A stretch of DNA of 64,000 nt from an uncultured Alphaproteobacteria bacterium (GCA_963745205.1 CAVUWX010000004.1:125339-189338); one strand, 5' to 3'; counted from the stretch's first letter, positions 9,927 to 18,823 are shown. Notes: generated by a model not told the origin, from the sequence alone. A program made the numbers and translations.

Positions 9927-10445
9927 ATGGACGAGACGAATGTCGGCGGCTACTCCGTCGCCTACGGCCGCGAGGAGACCGAGTTCCCCGTCTACCTCTT
10001 GGCGGTGCTATCCGCCGCGCTACTCGCCGCCGCCTGGGTCAGCGGGTCCACGCTGTGGCTCGTGCTGGGCGTCGCTGCCGCCGGGGCCACCTACTACAAC
10101 TTTCCGCTGCTCGAGAAGAGCCGCCCGACGCTCGGCGCCAACGAGTACGGCGTCTTCATCCAGGGGTTCGGCCTCATCCGCTGGCGCGCGATCGATCGCA
10201 TCGATCTCGTCGCCATCGCCGAGCGCGCGGAGACCAACCACGAGCTGCAGATCGCACTGAACATGACGCTTACGAGCGCGCTCGTCGTCGACTGGCGCAA
10301 ACAGCCCTTCTACCGCTCGCTGATGCGCTTGCCGTGGTCGATGACGCATTCCAACGTCATCCGAATCAATATCGATCCTTTCGACCACCCGCCCGACGAG
10401 ATCCATCGCACGCTGATGCGCATGTGGCGCCACTACCGGAGCTAG
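9927..10445 (+). CDS. Hypothetical membrane protein (two N-terminal TMs plus soluble domain)
   Basis: MDETNVGGYSVAYGREETEFPVYLLAVL...; coherent hydrophobic hairpin and GC3-biased codons. Confidence 0.75.
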   Translation: MDETNVGGYSVAYGREETEFPVYLLAVLSAALLAAAWVSGSTLWLVLGVAAAGATYYNFPLLEKSRPTLGANEYGVFIQGFGLIRWRAIDRIDLVAIAERAETNHELQIALNMTLTSALVVDWRKQPFYRSLMRLPWSMTHSNVIRINIDPFDHPPDEIHRTLMRMWRHYRS

Positions 10446-10807
10446 GCTGGCGCATTTTGCAATGGGCTGATCTGGCGGAATGTCTCAGCAGAGCCTCTCA
10501 GTGCCGGTAAAGCGAGCAACGACGTAAACTCACCAACGACGGAACGACGGCGCACCTGCGATCGACGCAGCGATGACGAGTACGGCGATGACATTCGCCC
10601 CGCTTCATTTCGGTTTCTTCCGCTTCTCCATCGACTTAGCAGGTGCCGCTGATGCCGCTCTCGCCCTTTGTGGCGAGCTTTGACGATGTTGAGCCGTTCC
10701 TGTCGCGTTCCTTTGACATCCTCTCATAACACCATTGATCTGTTTACAACGGCGTGTAGATGCCTCGGAGTTTTACGATAACAACTCAACAGCGCTATGA
10801 GCCTTCC

Positions 10808-11158
10808 ATGAGCGACGCTGACGAGAATGCCAACATTGCGGCGATGACCGCTCTGCTTGACCGGTTCCGCAAGAAGGTGCTGGCGAGCCCTGAGTATCAA
10901 GCATTCAAAGCGATGGAGGAGGCTCTCGCGAAGGTCCGGGCAGCTCAGGGCATACCGCCATCAAAGGCAGCCAGCGCTGACGATCGTCCAACCAGCCAAG
11001 GTGAGGCGGCATACATCGCCATTAAGTCCGAAGGTCTGCCGCTCAGCATCGCGGAGCTATTGGAGAGGCTTGCAGTCATGGGCGTAAAGGTTGGCGGCGC
11101 CAATCCACGCATAAATCTCTCATCCACGCTGTCTCGTGACGACCGGTTCACCTCCTGA
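10808..11158 (+). CDS. Hypothetical protein with C-terminal winged-helix-like (HARE-HTH-like) domain
   Basis: GEAAYIAIKSEGLPLSIAELLERLAVMGVKVGGANPRINLSSTLSRDDRF fits a wHTH pattern; N-terminal helical segment; 3' end may be truncated. Confidence 0.55.
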   Translation: MSDADENANIAAMTALLDRFRKKVLASPEYQAFKAMEEALAKVRAAQGIPPSKAASADDRPTSQGEAAYIAIKSEGLPLSIAELLERLAVMGVKVGGANPRINLSSTLSRDDRFTS

Positions 11159-11273
11159 AGTCCGTGCCGGAAAACGCCGCGATGAGCCGCGAGGCTCGTC
11201 CGATCCCGGTGGGCACCTAATTTATACAACCTACTGAATTCGGCAGTAAAATTTAAATTCCGCCGATCGGTCA

Positions 11274-11685
11274 ATGGCTTATTCCATGCTGCAGCATCAC
11301 CCAAAAATCGGAGCAGTGCTCCGATGCGACTACGACACGGGGTTCAGGGCTCCAGAAATGATAAAGCAACGGCCTGTAATCGTAGTGTCTCCGAGACTGA
11401 GGGAGCGTAATAACTTATGCACGGTCGTTCCCTTGGGATCGAAGGAACCTCGGAAGATCATGCCTTATCACCGGAGGATTACTTTTGATCCGCCGCTCCC
11501 GCCTCCGTATGACTATGGCGTGCACTGGATCAAGGCCGATATGTTGGCGACGGTAGCGTCGCCTCGACCTTCTTTTCATCAAAAAAGTGAACGGAAATCG
11601 CATGTACGATAACCGCGTGATTTCCAAAGAAGAACTAGATGCTGTTCACCTCTGCATAAGGCATGCACTCGGCATGCAATCTTGA
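11274..11685 (+). pseudogene. PemK/MazF-family toxin with a frameshift near 11559 (real or assembly error)
   Basis: HPKIGAVLRCDYDTGFRAPEMIKQRPVIVVSPR...LCTVVPL...HWIKADMLATVA; a second frame continues RLDLLFIKKVNGNRMYDNRVISKEELDAVHLCIRHALGMQS* (TGA 11683-11685), the expected C-terminus. Confidence 0.85.
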
Positions 11686-11707
11686 CAGCCCCTAGTGGGA
11701 CTACATG
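11682..11707 (+). promoter_or_regulatory. Sigma70-type promoter overlapping the toxin stop codon
   Basis: TTGACAG-N11-ACTACATG versus the Caulobacter housekeeping consensus TTGACGS-N11-GCTANAWC. Confidence 0.65.
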
Positions 11708-11711
11708 TTGT

Positions 11712-11832
11712 TTGTGTTCCCGCTCTGCTTCGGCATCGGGCTTAAGTCCTCCGTAAGGAGACCGTCACGCGAGGCGATTGCAAGCTGTGCGTGACGTCGA
11801 TGGGCCCCGCTTCGGCGGGGCCTTTGCTTTTT
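11712..11832 (+). ncRNA. Candidate structured RNA downstream of the PemK-like toxin (four tandem hairpins)
   Basis: Hairpins at 11719-11740 (UUCG loop), 11746-11762 (GUAA GNRA loop), 11763-11796 (CGTCACGC/GCGTGACG) and 11802-11823 (UUCG loop plus U-tract); lies between a promoter and a terminator, with no ORF. Confidence 0.65.
11802..11832 (+). terminator. Intrinsic terminator
   Basis: GGGCCCCGC-TTCG-GCGGGGCCT then TTGCTTTTT. Confidence 0.85.
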
Positions 11833-12139
11833 AGCGCTTCTCCCCGGCAATTGGTTGCCGATAGGTCAGCCGCTTGCCCGGACGGCACGGAGCACACCGG
11901 CACTCCTGAACTCCACCTCGGATGGCGGAAACTTCTGACGACGGTCAGAAGGCAGAACGTAATGATCGAGCGATGGAGCGCCGGCACCCACAATGGTGCT
12001 GGCGCTTTCGTGTCGGCGTGGCGCGGCTTTGCGATCGAAGGCCCCTGCGCGCAACCCTGACCGCCCTGTTCCGCGCGAGACAGCGCCGCGCGACCGGGCG
12101 GGAGAGAGTGCGTGGCCTTTGACCTTAAGGAGCCGCAAA

Positions 12140-12373
12140 ATGTCCCCGCTAAAGACGTTCAACGCAACCACCCTCATCCTGACGGCCGCTGGGCTCGCGC
12201 TCCTTGGCATTCTGACCCTTGAGGCTAGACCCACTTTGCTGCCGGCCGGGAGCGCCGCAAGCGGGCCATCGAGTGGCCAGTCCATTGTGCGTGCAAACAC
12301 CACCAATTCTTCGGCCGCAAACAATTCTGCAGGGACACCGCTGTCGATTAGCTCCAAGCCGAGGTCGACCTGA
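12140..12373 (+). CDS. Small hypothetical exported or membrane-anchored protein
   Basis: TAAGGAG RBS before the ATG; hydrophobic LILTAAGLALLGILTL then a Ser/Asn-rich tail. Confidence 0.4.
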   Translation: MSPLKTFNATTLILTAAGLALLGILTLEARPTLLPAGSAASGPSSGQSIVRANTTNSSAANNSAGTPLSISSKPRST

Positions 12374-12488
12374 CGTATCTGCAAGTTCCGCTCCGCCCCC
12401 GCGCACGAAACGTGAAATTAACGCCGTCCCACCAGTCTCATTGCATCCACGGTCCAGACCGCTGAGCGTCTGCAACTGAGAGCTTGAG

Positions 12489-13742
12489 ATGGAAGAGCTG
12501 TCCCGCCGCAATATCCTCGTTGCAACGGCGGCGGGCCTCGCTGCCGCGGCCGGGCCGGCGCGCGCCCAGTCCTTCGGCAATCCCGATGTGCCGCCGCAAG
12601 GGGCGATCAACAGCTTGAAGAACCCCGCAAACATCACCGATCCTGGCCCCAACAACCCGGCGCTTTCCAGCCAGTTCCCGGGCGCCTTCTTACCGCCCGC
12701 GACCGACGTCGGCGAGCTGCCGCTGTTCTGGGCCAGCTTCAACAACGCGCCGCGCCGCATCCAGGACGGCGGCTGGGCGCGCCAGGTGACGCAATACGAT
12801 TTCCAGATCTCGGAGCAGATCGCGGGCGTCAACATGCGTCTGACGCGTGGCGGCATCCGCGAGCTGCACTGGCACCTCGACGCCGAATGGGCCTACGTGA
12901 CGAGCGGCGCCTGCCGCATCACTACGATCGACTTACAGGGCCGCGCCAATGTCGAGGACGTAGAGGAGGGCGGGCTGTGGTACTTCCCGGCCGGGCTCCC
13001 GCACTCGTTGCAGGGCGTCGGCCCCGACGGCTGCGAGTTCATCATCGCCTTCGACGACGGTAAGGCCTCCGAGTTCAACACCCTGCTCTTGAGCGATTGG
13101 ATGGCGCATACGCCGCCCGACGTGCTCGCCATGAACTTTGGCGTGCCGGCCGAGACCTTTGCCAAGATCCCGCTGCACGCTCTCTACATCTTTCAGGGCG
13201 AGATGCCGGGGCCGATCGAGGCGAGCCGGGTCGAGGCCCAAGGCTCGCTCGGCGTGCCCCAGCTCTCCTCCACCTTCCGGCTCGCCGACTTGCCGCCGGT
13301 CAAGAAGACGCGCGGGGGCGAGGTCCGCATCGCCGATTCAACCAATTTCGAGGTCTCAAAGACGATCGCGGCCTCGCACGTTACGCTGCATCCTGGTGGC
13401 ATGCGCGAGATGCACTGGCACCCCAACGCGGACGAGTGGACCTACATCATTGCCGGCCAGGGCGAGCTCACGGTCTTCAACACCGGACCCAACGTCGTCA
13501 CCCAGAACTTCAACCCGGGCGACGTCGGCTACATCAAGCGCGCCTACGGACACTACATCCGCAACACCGGGTCGACCGATCTCGTCTATCTGGAGGTGTT
13601 CAGGAGCGCCCGCGTCGAGGATGTCTCGCTGAGCGAGTGGCTGACACATACGCCGCGCGCCATGGTGGCCCAGTCTCTCAACGTCAGCCCCGAGGTGATC
13701 GCGCGCTTCCCCAGCGACAAGCCGACCGTGCTGCCGGTCTAG
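12489..13742 (+). CDS. oxdC: Oxalate decarboxylase-family bicupin with Tat signal peptide
   Basis: Two cupin motifs (IRELHWHLDAEW and MREMHWHPNADEW), GGWARQVT; N-terminal SRRNIL...ARA Tat signal. Confidence 0.9.
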   Translation: MEELSRRNILVATAAGLAAAAGPARAQSFGNPDVPPQGAINSLKNPANITDPGPNNPALSSQFPGAFLPPATDVGELPLFWASFNNAPRRIQDGGWARQVTQYDFQISEQIAGVNMRLTRGGIRELHWHLDAEWAYVTSGACRITTIDLQGRANVEDVEEGGLWYFPAGLPHSLQGVGPDGCEFIIAFDDGKASEFNTLLLSDWMAHTPPDVLAMNFGVPAETFAKIPLHALYIFQGEMPGPIEASRVEAQGSLGVPQLSSTFRLADLPPVKKTRGGEVRIADSTNFEVSKTIAASHVTLHPGGMREMHWHPNADEWTYIIAGQGELTVFNTGPNVVTQNFNPGDVGYIKRAYGHYIRNTGSTDLVYLEVFRSARVEDVSLSEWLTHTPRAMVAQSLNVSPEVIARFPSDKPTVLPV

Positions 13743-13773
13743 GCTTGCGCATGGCGACCTTGGGGCACGCTCA

Positions 13774-14877
13774 CTAACCGGCGTCGGCCTTCGTATCCTT
13801 CCTCACCGCCAGCAGCAGGTTCGACTGGTTCACCTTGAACTTGTAGCCGACGCCGAAGTTGATCGGCTCGGGATGGCCGTTCTGGTAGAGGCCTCTGAGC
13901 TTCGATTGAAAGTTGTGCCGGAACATTCCGATCGGGCTGGTGTAGGTGCCATATGGCCTAAGATCCCATAGGTCCGGCTTGAAATCGCTCACCGGAACGC
14001 CCGTATCGTCCTGCAGGATGGCGGCGCTGTGGGCGAGCAGGAAGTTGCGAACCTCCGAAAAGTCGTCGCCGTGCAGCAGATAGGACGCGCTCTTGACGAA
14101 GGCGTCGCCGGTCCCGAGCCCACCGCAGAATTTCAGGAATGAACCGCTGCCGCGCACGCCTTTGTTGGAGAGGTTGGTGCTGAAATAGTAGAGCGTCTGC
14201 ACGTGGCCGTCGGGGTCGGAGAAGGTGATTTTCACGCCCTTCTCCGTGCCGGTGCCCGGGACGGCTTCTACGGTTCCGTCATCCTTCAAATTCACGTAGC
14301 TCACGTCGCGAATGGTCTTTCCCGAGCGGGCGAGAAAGACATAGAGGACCGGCAGGGTGCCGTTGAGCTGCGTCTGGCGCAGCTTGGAATCCATATCGAG
14401 CGTGATGAAGTAGCTGAGCTTCAGGATGTTGCCCAACGACGACTCGAGGTGGTGCAGCGTGGAGGGGAGCGATCCGCGCGGCAGCCGCGTCACGTCGGGG
14501 ATGCGCCCCACCGGCTCGAGCGCGGCCAACACATAGGTATCGGCCGCCGGAAAGAAGGCGTTGGCGTAGAGAAAGTCCGGCCCGCTGAAGAAGTAGAACA
14601 GCACCGGCCGCGGGTCGGCGATGCTCTTGCTCGTCCAGGAGCGGATGTTGGAAAGCTGGTGCTCGTCCAGCCCCTTCCAGGTGTCGTCGAAGAGCTTCGA
14701 ATGCTCCTGCCAGCTGGCATCGCGCGTCAGCTGGATGAGCGGGGAGTCGGAGCCCAACGGCATCCCGGCCAGGAAGCGCGCCGTGTCGTCGGGACTGGCC
14801 GCGTCGGCACAAAGCGCCGGACGCGACACATGAAATGCGATGGAGACAAGGAAGGCGGCTACGATCAATCGGCGCAT
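13774..14877 (-). CDS. Conserved hypothetical periplasmic protein
   Basis: Signal peptide MRRLIVAAFLVSIAFHVSRPALC; long coherent ORF with FYFFSGPDFLYANAFFP and FVKSASYLLH motifs. Confidence 0.75.
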   Translation of the reverse strand: MRRLIVAAFLVSIAFHVSRPALCADAASPDDTARFLAGMPLGSDSPLIQLTRDASWQEHSKLFDDTWKGLDEHQLSNIRSWTSKSIADPRPVLFYFFSGPDFLYANAFFPAADTYVLAALEPVGRIPDVTRLPRGSLPSTLHHLESSLGNILKLSYFITLDMDSKLRQTQLNGTLPVLYVFLARSGKTIRDVSYVNLKDDGTVEAVPGTGTEKGVKITFSDPDGHVQTLYYFSTNLSNKGVRGSGSFLKFCGGLGTGDAFVKSASYLLHGDDFSEVRNFLLAHSAAILQDDTGVPVSDFKPDLWDLRPYGTYTSPIGMFRHNFQSKLRGLYQNGHPEPINFGVGYKFKVNQSNLLLAVRKDTKADAG

Positions 14878-15071
14878 TTGGCACACTGCTGGTTGGTAGA
14901 ATCGGACGCGGCATCCTTGCACAACCGTCGCCGCATCTGTCACTGCCATTTCGGCGTTGAGTTGAGATTTTGATCTCGCGTTGCAGCAAGACAGCGAACC
15001 TTGACAATCCGTAAGGAAGCAAACGAGTGCAGGCGCTACGATTAGCGCTGTGCAACTTCTTTTTTGGAGGC

Positions 15072-15959
15072 CTAGCCGCGCACGATCCGCTCGACGCACT
15101 CGGCCACGCCCGCCTGCCAGACGGGCAGGCGCAGCCCGAACGTGCGCTCGAGCTTGGCGCAGTCGAGCTGCGAGTTCGCCGGCCGTTGCGCCGGCGTCGG
15201 GTAGTCCGCGCTTGCGATCGGCTCGACCTCGGCCGCTGGGCCGCCGAGCGCGGCGGAGCAGCGGAACACCTCCTCGGCGAAACCGCGCCACGTCGTCGTG
15301 CCCGATCCCGCGGCGTGGTAGATGCCCCACGGGCCGTCAGCCCCCTTGCGTGCCGAAAGCTGCCGCGCGAGGTCGAGGATCGCGGCGACGAGGTGGGGCG
15401 CGTAGGTGGGGCTGCCGCGCTGGTCGTCGACGACGCGCACGCGGTCGCGGCTCGTGGCCTGCTCCAGCATCGTCTTCACGAAGTTGCGCCCAGATGGGCT
15501 GTAGATCCACGCGGTGCGCAAGATCGCGTGCTTGGGATTAGCGGCGCTCACCGCCGCCTCGCCGTCGAGCTTGGAGCGGCCGAAGACGGTCACGGGTGCG
15601 GTCACGTCGTCCTCGACGTAAGCGCTCAATTTGCGCCCGTCGAACACGTAGTCCGTGGAAATGTGGATGATGGGGATGCCGCGCCGCGCCGAAGCTTGGG
15701 CCAGCATGCGCGCCCCGTCGCGGTTGAGAGCGAACGCGCGCCCCTCCTCGGTCTCGGCCTTGTCGACCGCAGTGTAGGCCGCCGAATTGATGACCACGCT
15801 CGGCTCGATCTGGGAAAGCGCCCGCTCGATCGAGCGGGCCTCGCAGATGTCGAGCGCCGCGCGGCCGACGGCGCAGGCCCTGACGTCGGGGCAAGCGGGG
15901 GCCGCTTCCACGAGTGCTCGGGCGATCTGTCCTTGCCAGCCGGCGATCAGCAGGCGCAT
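15072..15959 (-). CDS. rfbD: dTDP-4-dehydrorhamnose reductase
   Basis: LLIAGWQGQIA, VINSAAYTAVDKAE, IHISTDYVFDG, LRTAWIYS, NFVKTM, VVDDQRGSPT, RPANSQLDC. Confidence 0.93.
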   Translation of the reverse strand: MRLLIAGWQGQIARALVEAAPACPDVRACAVGRAALDICEARSIERALSQIEPSVVINSAAYTAVDKAETEEGRAFALNRDGARMLAQASARRGIPIIHISTDYVFDGRKLSAYVEDDVTAPVTVFGRSKLDGEAAVSAANPKHAILRTAWIYSPSGRNFVKTMLEQATSRDRVRVVDDQRGSPTYAPHLVAAILDLARQLSARKGADGPWGIYHAAGSGTTTWRGFAEEVFRCSAALGGPAAEVEPIASADYPTPAQRPANSQLDCAKLERTFGLRLPVWQAGVAECVERIVRG

Positions 15960-16094
15960 GCGCGGTCTATCCCCGTTCGACGACGTGCCAGCGCACCGAT
16001 GCGTCCGCCAAAGCCAAGGCGAAAACATGGCCCATCCCGTCTACGATGGCCTCGGCGTTAATGGGACGCATCCCCAAGGGCTCCGGGCTCCCGA

Positions 16095-16589
16095 TCAGTC
16101 GAGCTCTTCGTCGCGCTGATTGAGAAAGATCAGCACGAGACCGATGCAGGCAATGAAGCGGAACGCCGCCTCCTGGCCGTTCCAGGTCTTTGACTGCCAC
16201 ATCTGGAACCACTCGCCGCCGACGATCAGGAAGCCGCCGAACCACAAAAGTAGCGCCAAGACGAGGCCGGCGACGGCCACGTTCTTACCCGCGTTGAAGT
16301 CTTGAGCGCTTGCCGCGCGCCCCTTCCACAGCCGCGCCGCGCCGGTGATGCACAGCGCGCCCGATAGGAGCTCGGCAGCGATGATGCCGGCGTAGGCCAT
16401 CTCGTGCAGGGCCGGGCTCGTGACCGCGCGCCATGTAAGCGTCGAATCGGGGAAGATCGTGTCCATGTCCATGACGTGGGTGACGAAGGCGTAGTTGGTC
16501 GCGTAATCGATGACGTTGTCCCCGCCGACGAGCAGTCCGAACAGCCCGACGGCGAGCACGAGCGCTATCTTCGACAACCGCACGATCAT
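16095..16589 (-). CDS. DUF2165-family membrane protein
   Basis: DNVIDYATNYAFVTHVMDMDTIFP...WRAVTSP...GGEWFQMWQSKTWNGQEAAFRF. Confidence 0.88.
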   Translation of the reverse strand: MIVRLSKIALVLAVGLFGLLVGGDNVIDYATNYAFVTHVMDMDTIFPDSTLTWRAVTSPALHEMAYAGIIAAELLSGALCITGAARLWKGRAASAQDFNAGKNVAVAGLVLALLLWFGGFLIVGGEWFQMWQSKTWNGQEAAFRFIACIGLVLIFLNQRDEELD

Positions 16590-16701
16590 GGCAGGCCCCG
16601 CGCAAGGATTCGTTTGCGCACGAGTATGCCGGTCTGGTTCTCGCGCGCCAACTCCGCTAAGGAGGGGCGGGGCAAAGGGGCAACAGCTAACGGACCTGCG
16701 C

Positions 16702-17388
16702 ATGCCGGAAACCTCGCACGCCGCCAAAACCACCGCCGAGCCGACGCTCAACGCCGCGATCGTCCCCGTCACCCCCTTCCAGCAGAACTGCACGCTGATC
16801 TGGGACCCTGCAACCATGCAGGGCGCCGTCGTCGATCCGGGCGGCGATCTCGATCTCATCGAGCGCGCCATCGCCGAGGTCGGCATGAAGCCGGAAAAGA
16901 TCCTGCTCACCCACGGCCACATCGATCATGCGGGCGGAGCGGCGGAGCTGCGCGAGCGGTTGGGCGTCCCCATCGAAGGGCCGCACGCGGACGAGCGGCC
17001 GCTGCTCGACGCGCTGAAGGAGCAGGGGCGCTCCTACGGCATGGAGGCGCGCCCGGTAACGCCTGACCGCTGGCTCGCCGAAGGCGACACGGTGACGGTG
17101 GCGGGACACACGTTCGAGGTCTTCCATTGCCCCGGGCATTCGCCGGGATCGGTGGTGCTGGTCAACCGGCCGCAGAAGTTCGCGCTCGTCGGCGACGTGC
17201 TGTTCCAGGGCTCCGTCGGCCGCACCGACCTGCCCTATGGCAATCACGCCTCGCTTCTGAACGCGATCCGCACCAAGCTTTTGCCGCTCGGCGACGACTT
17301 CGCGTTCATTTGCGGGCACGGACCGGCAAGCACCTTCGGCCGCGAGCGGCGCTCAAATCCATTCATCGCCGGGGACGACGACGCCTAA
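16702..17388 (+). CDS. MBL-fold metallo-hydrolase (YcbL/GloB-like)
   Basis: PVTPFQQNCTLIW, THGHIDHAGG, HCPGHSPG, GDVLFQGSVGRTDLP, CGHGP. Confidence 0.92.
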   Translation: MPETSHAAKTTAEPTLNAAIVPVTPFQQNCTLIWDPATMQGAVVDPGGDLDLIERAIAEVGMKPEKILLTHGHIDHAGGAAELRERLGVPIEGPHADERPLLDALKEQGRSYGMEARPVTPDRWLAEGDTVTVAGHTFEVFHCPGHSPGSVVLVNRPQKFALVGDVLFQGSVGRTDLPYGNHASLLNAIRTKLLPLGDDFAFICGHGPASTFGRERRSNPFIAGDDDA

Positions 17389-17408
17389 GGCCGAAGCGGC
17401 AGAGCTCT

Positions 17409-17765
17409 TTAGAAGCTCCACTCCCAGTGCAGGCAGCCGAACACGCCGCACTCGTTCTGGATGGTGCCGGCGCCGATAGGTGAGGCGCTGTTGATGTTGG
17501 CCCAGATGTCGATCGTCTGCACCCGCAGCGTCTCCGAACAGCTCGTGCGGCAGTAGACCCAGGTGCCGTGCGGGAGGCGTACCTGGCGCCCCCGCGCGGT
17601 GTCGCGCCACGGTGCCTTGATCGAGCCGTTGCCGTCATGGCTGTAGGCGACGACGTAGCCCTGAACCGGGCCGACGTCGTCGTGGCCTGCGGCGGCCGCC
17701 CCGACGGTCATGGAAAGCGCGGCCGCGGCGAGCGGACCGGCGAGGATCAGGTGAGTGCGGCTCAT
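17409..17765 (-). CDS. Hypothetical secreted protein
   Basis: Signal peptide; Cys pairs (YCRTSCSETLR, ECGVFGCL). Confidence 0.7.
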   Translation of the reverse strand: MSRTHLILAGPLAAAALSMTVGAAAAGHDDVGPVQGYVVAYSHDGNGSIKAPWRDTARGRQVRLPHGTWVYCRTSCSETLRVQTIDIWANINSASPIGAGTIQNECGVFGCLHWEWSF

Positions 17766-17880
17766 AAAGTATCTCCGGCCAAATTGGGCAGGCTCCGCTT
17801 GGCACGGGGTGCCTGCACCGATGGGTTGACGCATGGGTACGCTCAAGTCGGCGCCGCGCCGTCGGAGTGCAACGGCCCCG

Positions 17881-18369
17881 TTAGCCGGCGCGCGAGAAGG
17901 TGATGTTCACGCCCTTCAAGGTGGATCCCTTGGTCGAGAGCGAAACCGACTGGTTCGATCCCCCGATCGAAACCGACAGGTAGCCCGTCAGCCCCGTGCC
18001 GGTGATGGAGAGACCGAGCTTCTCGTCGGAGGCCGTGCCCGAGATCGTGCCCGTCTGGTTGTAGTTGCGCTCCTCCCAAGTGCCCGACACGTGGCCGCCG
18101 GCGTAGTTGAGCGTGGAGCGTAGCTCCACTTTGGTCGAGGGATTGGCGCAGATGATGTTGAGCCGCAGCACGTTGGCGCCGGACCCCGAGTAGTAGCCCT
18201 TGCACGATAGCCGCTCGCTCTTACCGCCTTCCAGGCGCGCGGTTCCGCTGCCGCTCCACGTGCCAACGAGCGAGGAGAAGGGGCTGCCGGCGACGGCAGG
18301 AACGCCGATCATCAGCACTGCGGCCGCGCTTGCAGCCGCGACCGCGGCCATTTCCCTGAACCAGCTCAC
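17881..18369 (-). CDS. Hypothetical secreted beta-rich protein
   Basis: Signal peptide; LVGTWSGSGTARLEGGKSERLSCK...ICANPSTKVEL...VSGTWEERNY. Confidence 0.75.
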   Translation of the reverse strand: MSWFREMAAVAAASAAAVLMIGVPAVAGSPFSSLVGTWSGSGTARLEGGKSERLSCKGYYSGSGANVLRLNIICANPSTKVELRSTLNYAGGHVSGTWEERNYNQTGTISGTASDEKLGLSITGTGLTGYLSVSIGGSNQSVSLSTKGSTLKGVNITFSRAG

Positions 18370-18733
18370 CTGATACCTCCCAATGCGGATAAGCGCTTGG
18401 ACTCAAGCCATACTATCGCGCCGTCGGACTACGCTTGACCAGCAATCCGGGCCACACCCGGCGCGCAAATCCCATCTCCCAGTCCGTCCGGCCGGACGGG
18501 TAGGGCTTCCTCGAACGTTTAGACCGACTGTCCCAAAATAGCACAGGCTTTCTTAAATATGTGTCTCGGGGCTGCATCAGCAACCCGTGAGCCTGCAAGC
18601 GGTCGCTGCACCCCCGGGGAGCCGTCTGTCGGGCACCCTGCGGGCCCCGCCCAAGGGCCGCCGTTGAGCGGGTGGGCCGGTTGCGCGGAGCCGGGCGGCG
18701 GCTATAGTGCGCCGCTTTCGCGCAATCGCGCAC

Positions 18734-18823
18734 GGAGGGGTGGCCGAGTGGCTGAAGGCGCACGCTTGGAAAGCGTGTGGGCGGGAAACCGTCTCGTGGG
18801 TTCGAATCCCACCCCCTCCGCCA
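18734..18823 (+). tRNA. tRNA-Ser (GGA)
   Basis: GGAGGGGTGGCCGAGTGGCTGAAGGCGCACGCTTGGAAAGCGTG...GGGTTCGAATCCCACCCCCTCCGCCA; 90 nt, long variable arm, GGA anticodon, CCA end. Confidence 0.97.

Noticed and set aside
10560-10725. Tiny minus-strand ORFs (MSKERDRNG..., 27 aa; MEKRKKPK)
   Set aside because: Too short, no clear RBS or homology; cannot be supported.
11746-11762. GTCCTCC/GGAGAC arms shared between the pemK RNA hairpin and the 41014-41030 hairpin
   Set aside because: Arms are in opposite order with different loops and contexts; two 6-7-mers can recur by chance in 64 kb.
11866-12384. 172-aa minus-strand ORF starting MQIRQVDLG
   Set aside because: No motif or RBS; antisense to the RBS-supported 12140 ORF and spans hairpin DNA.
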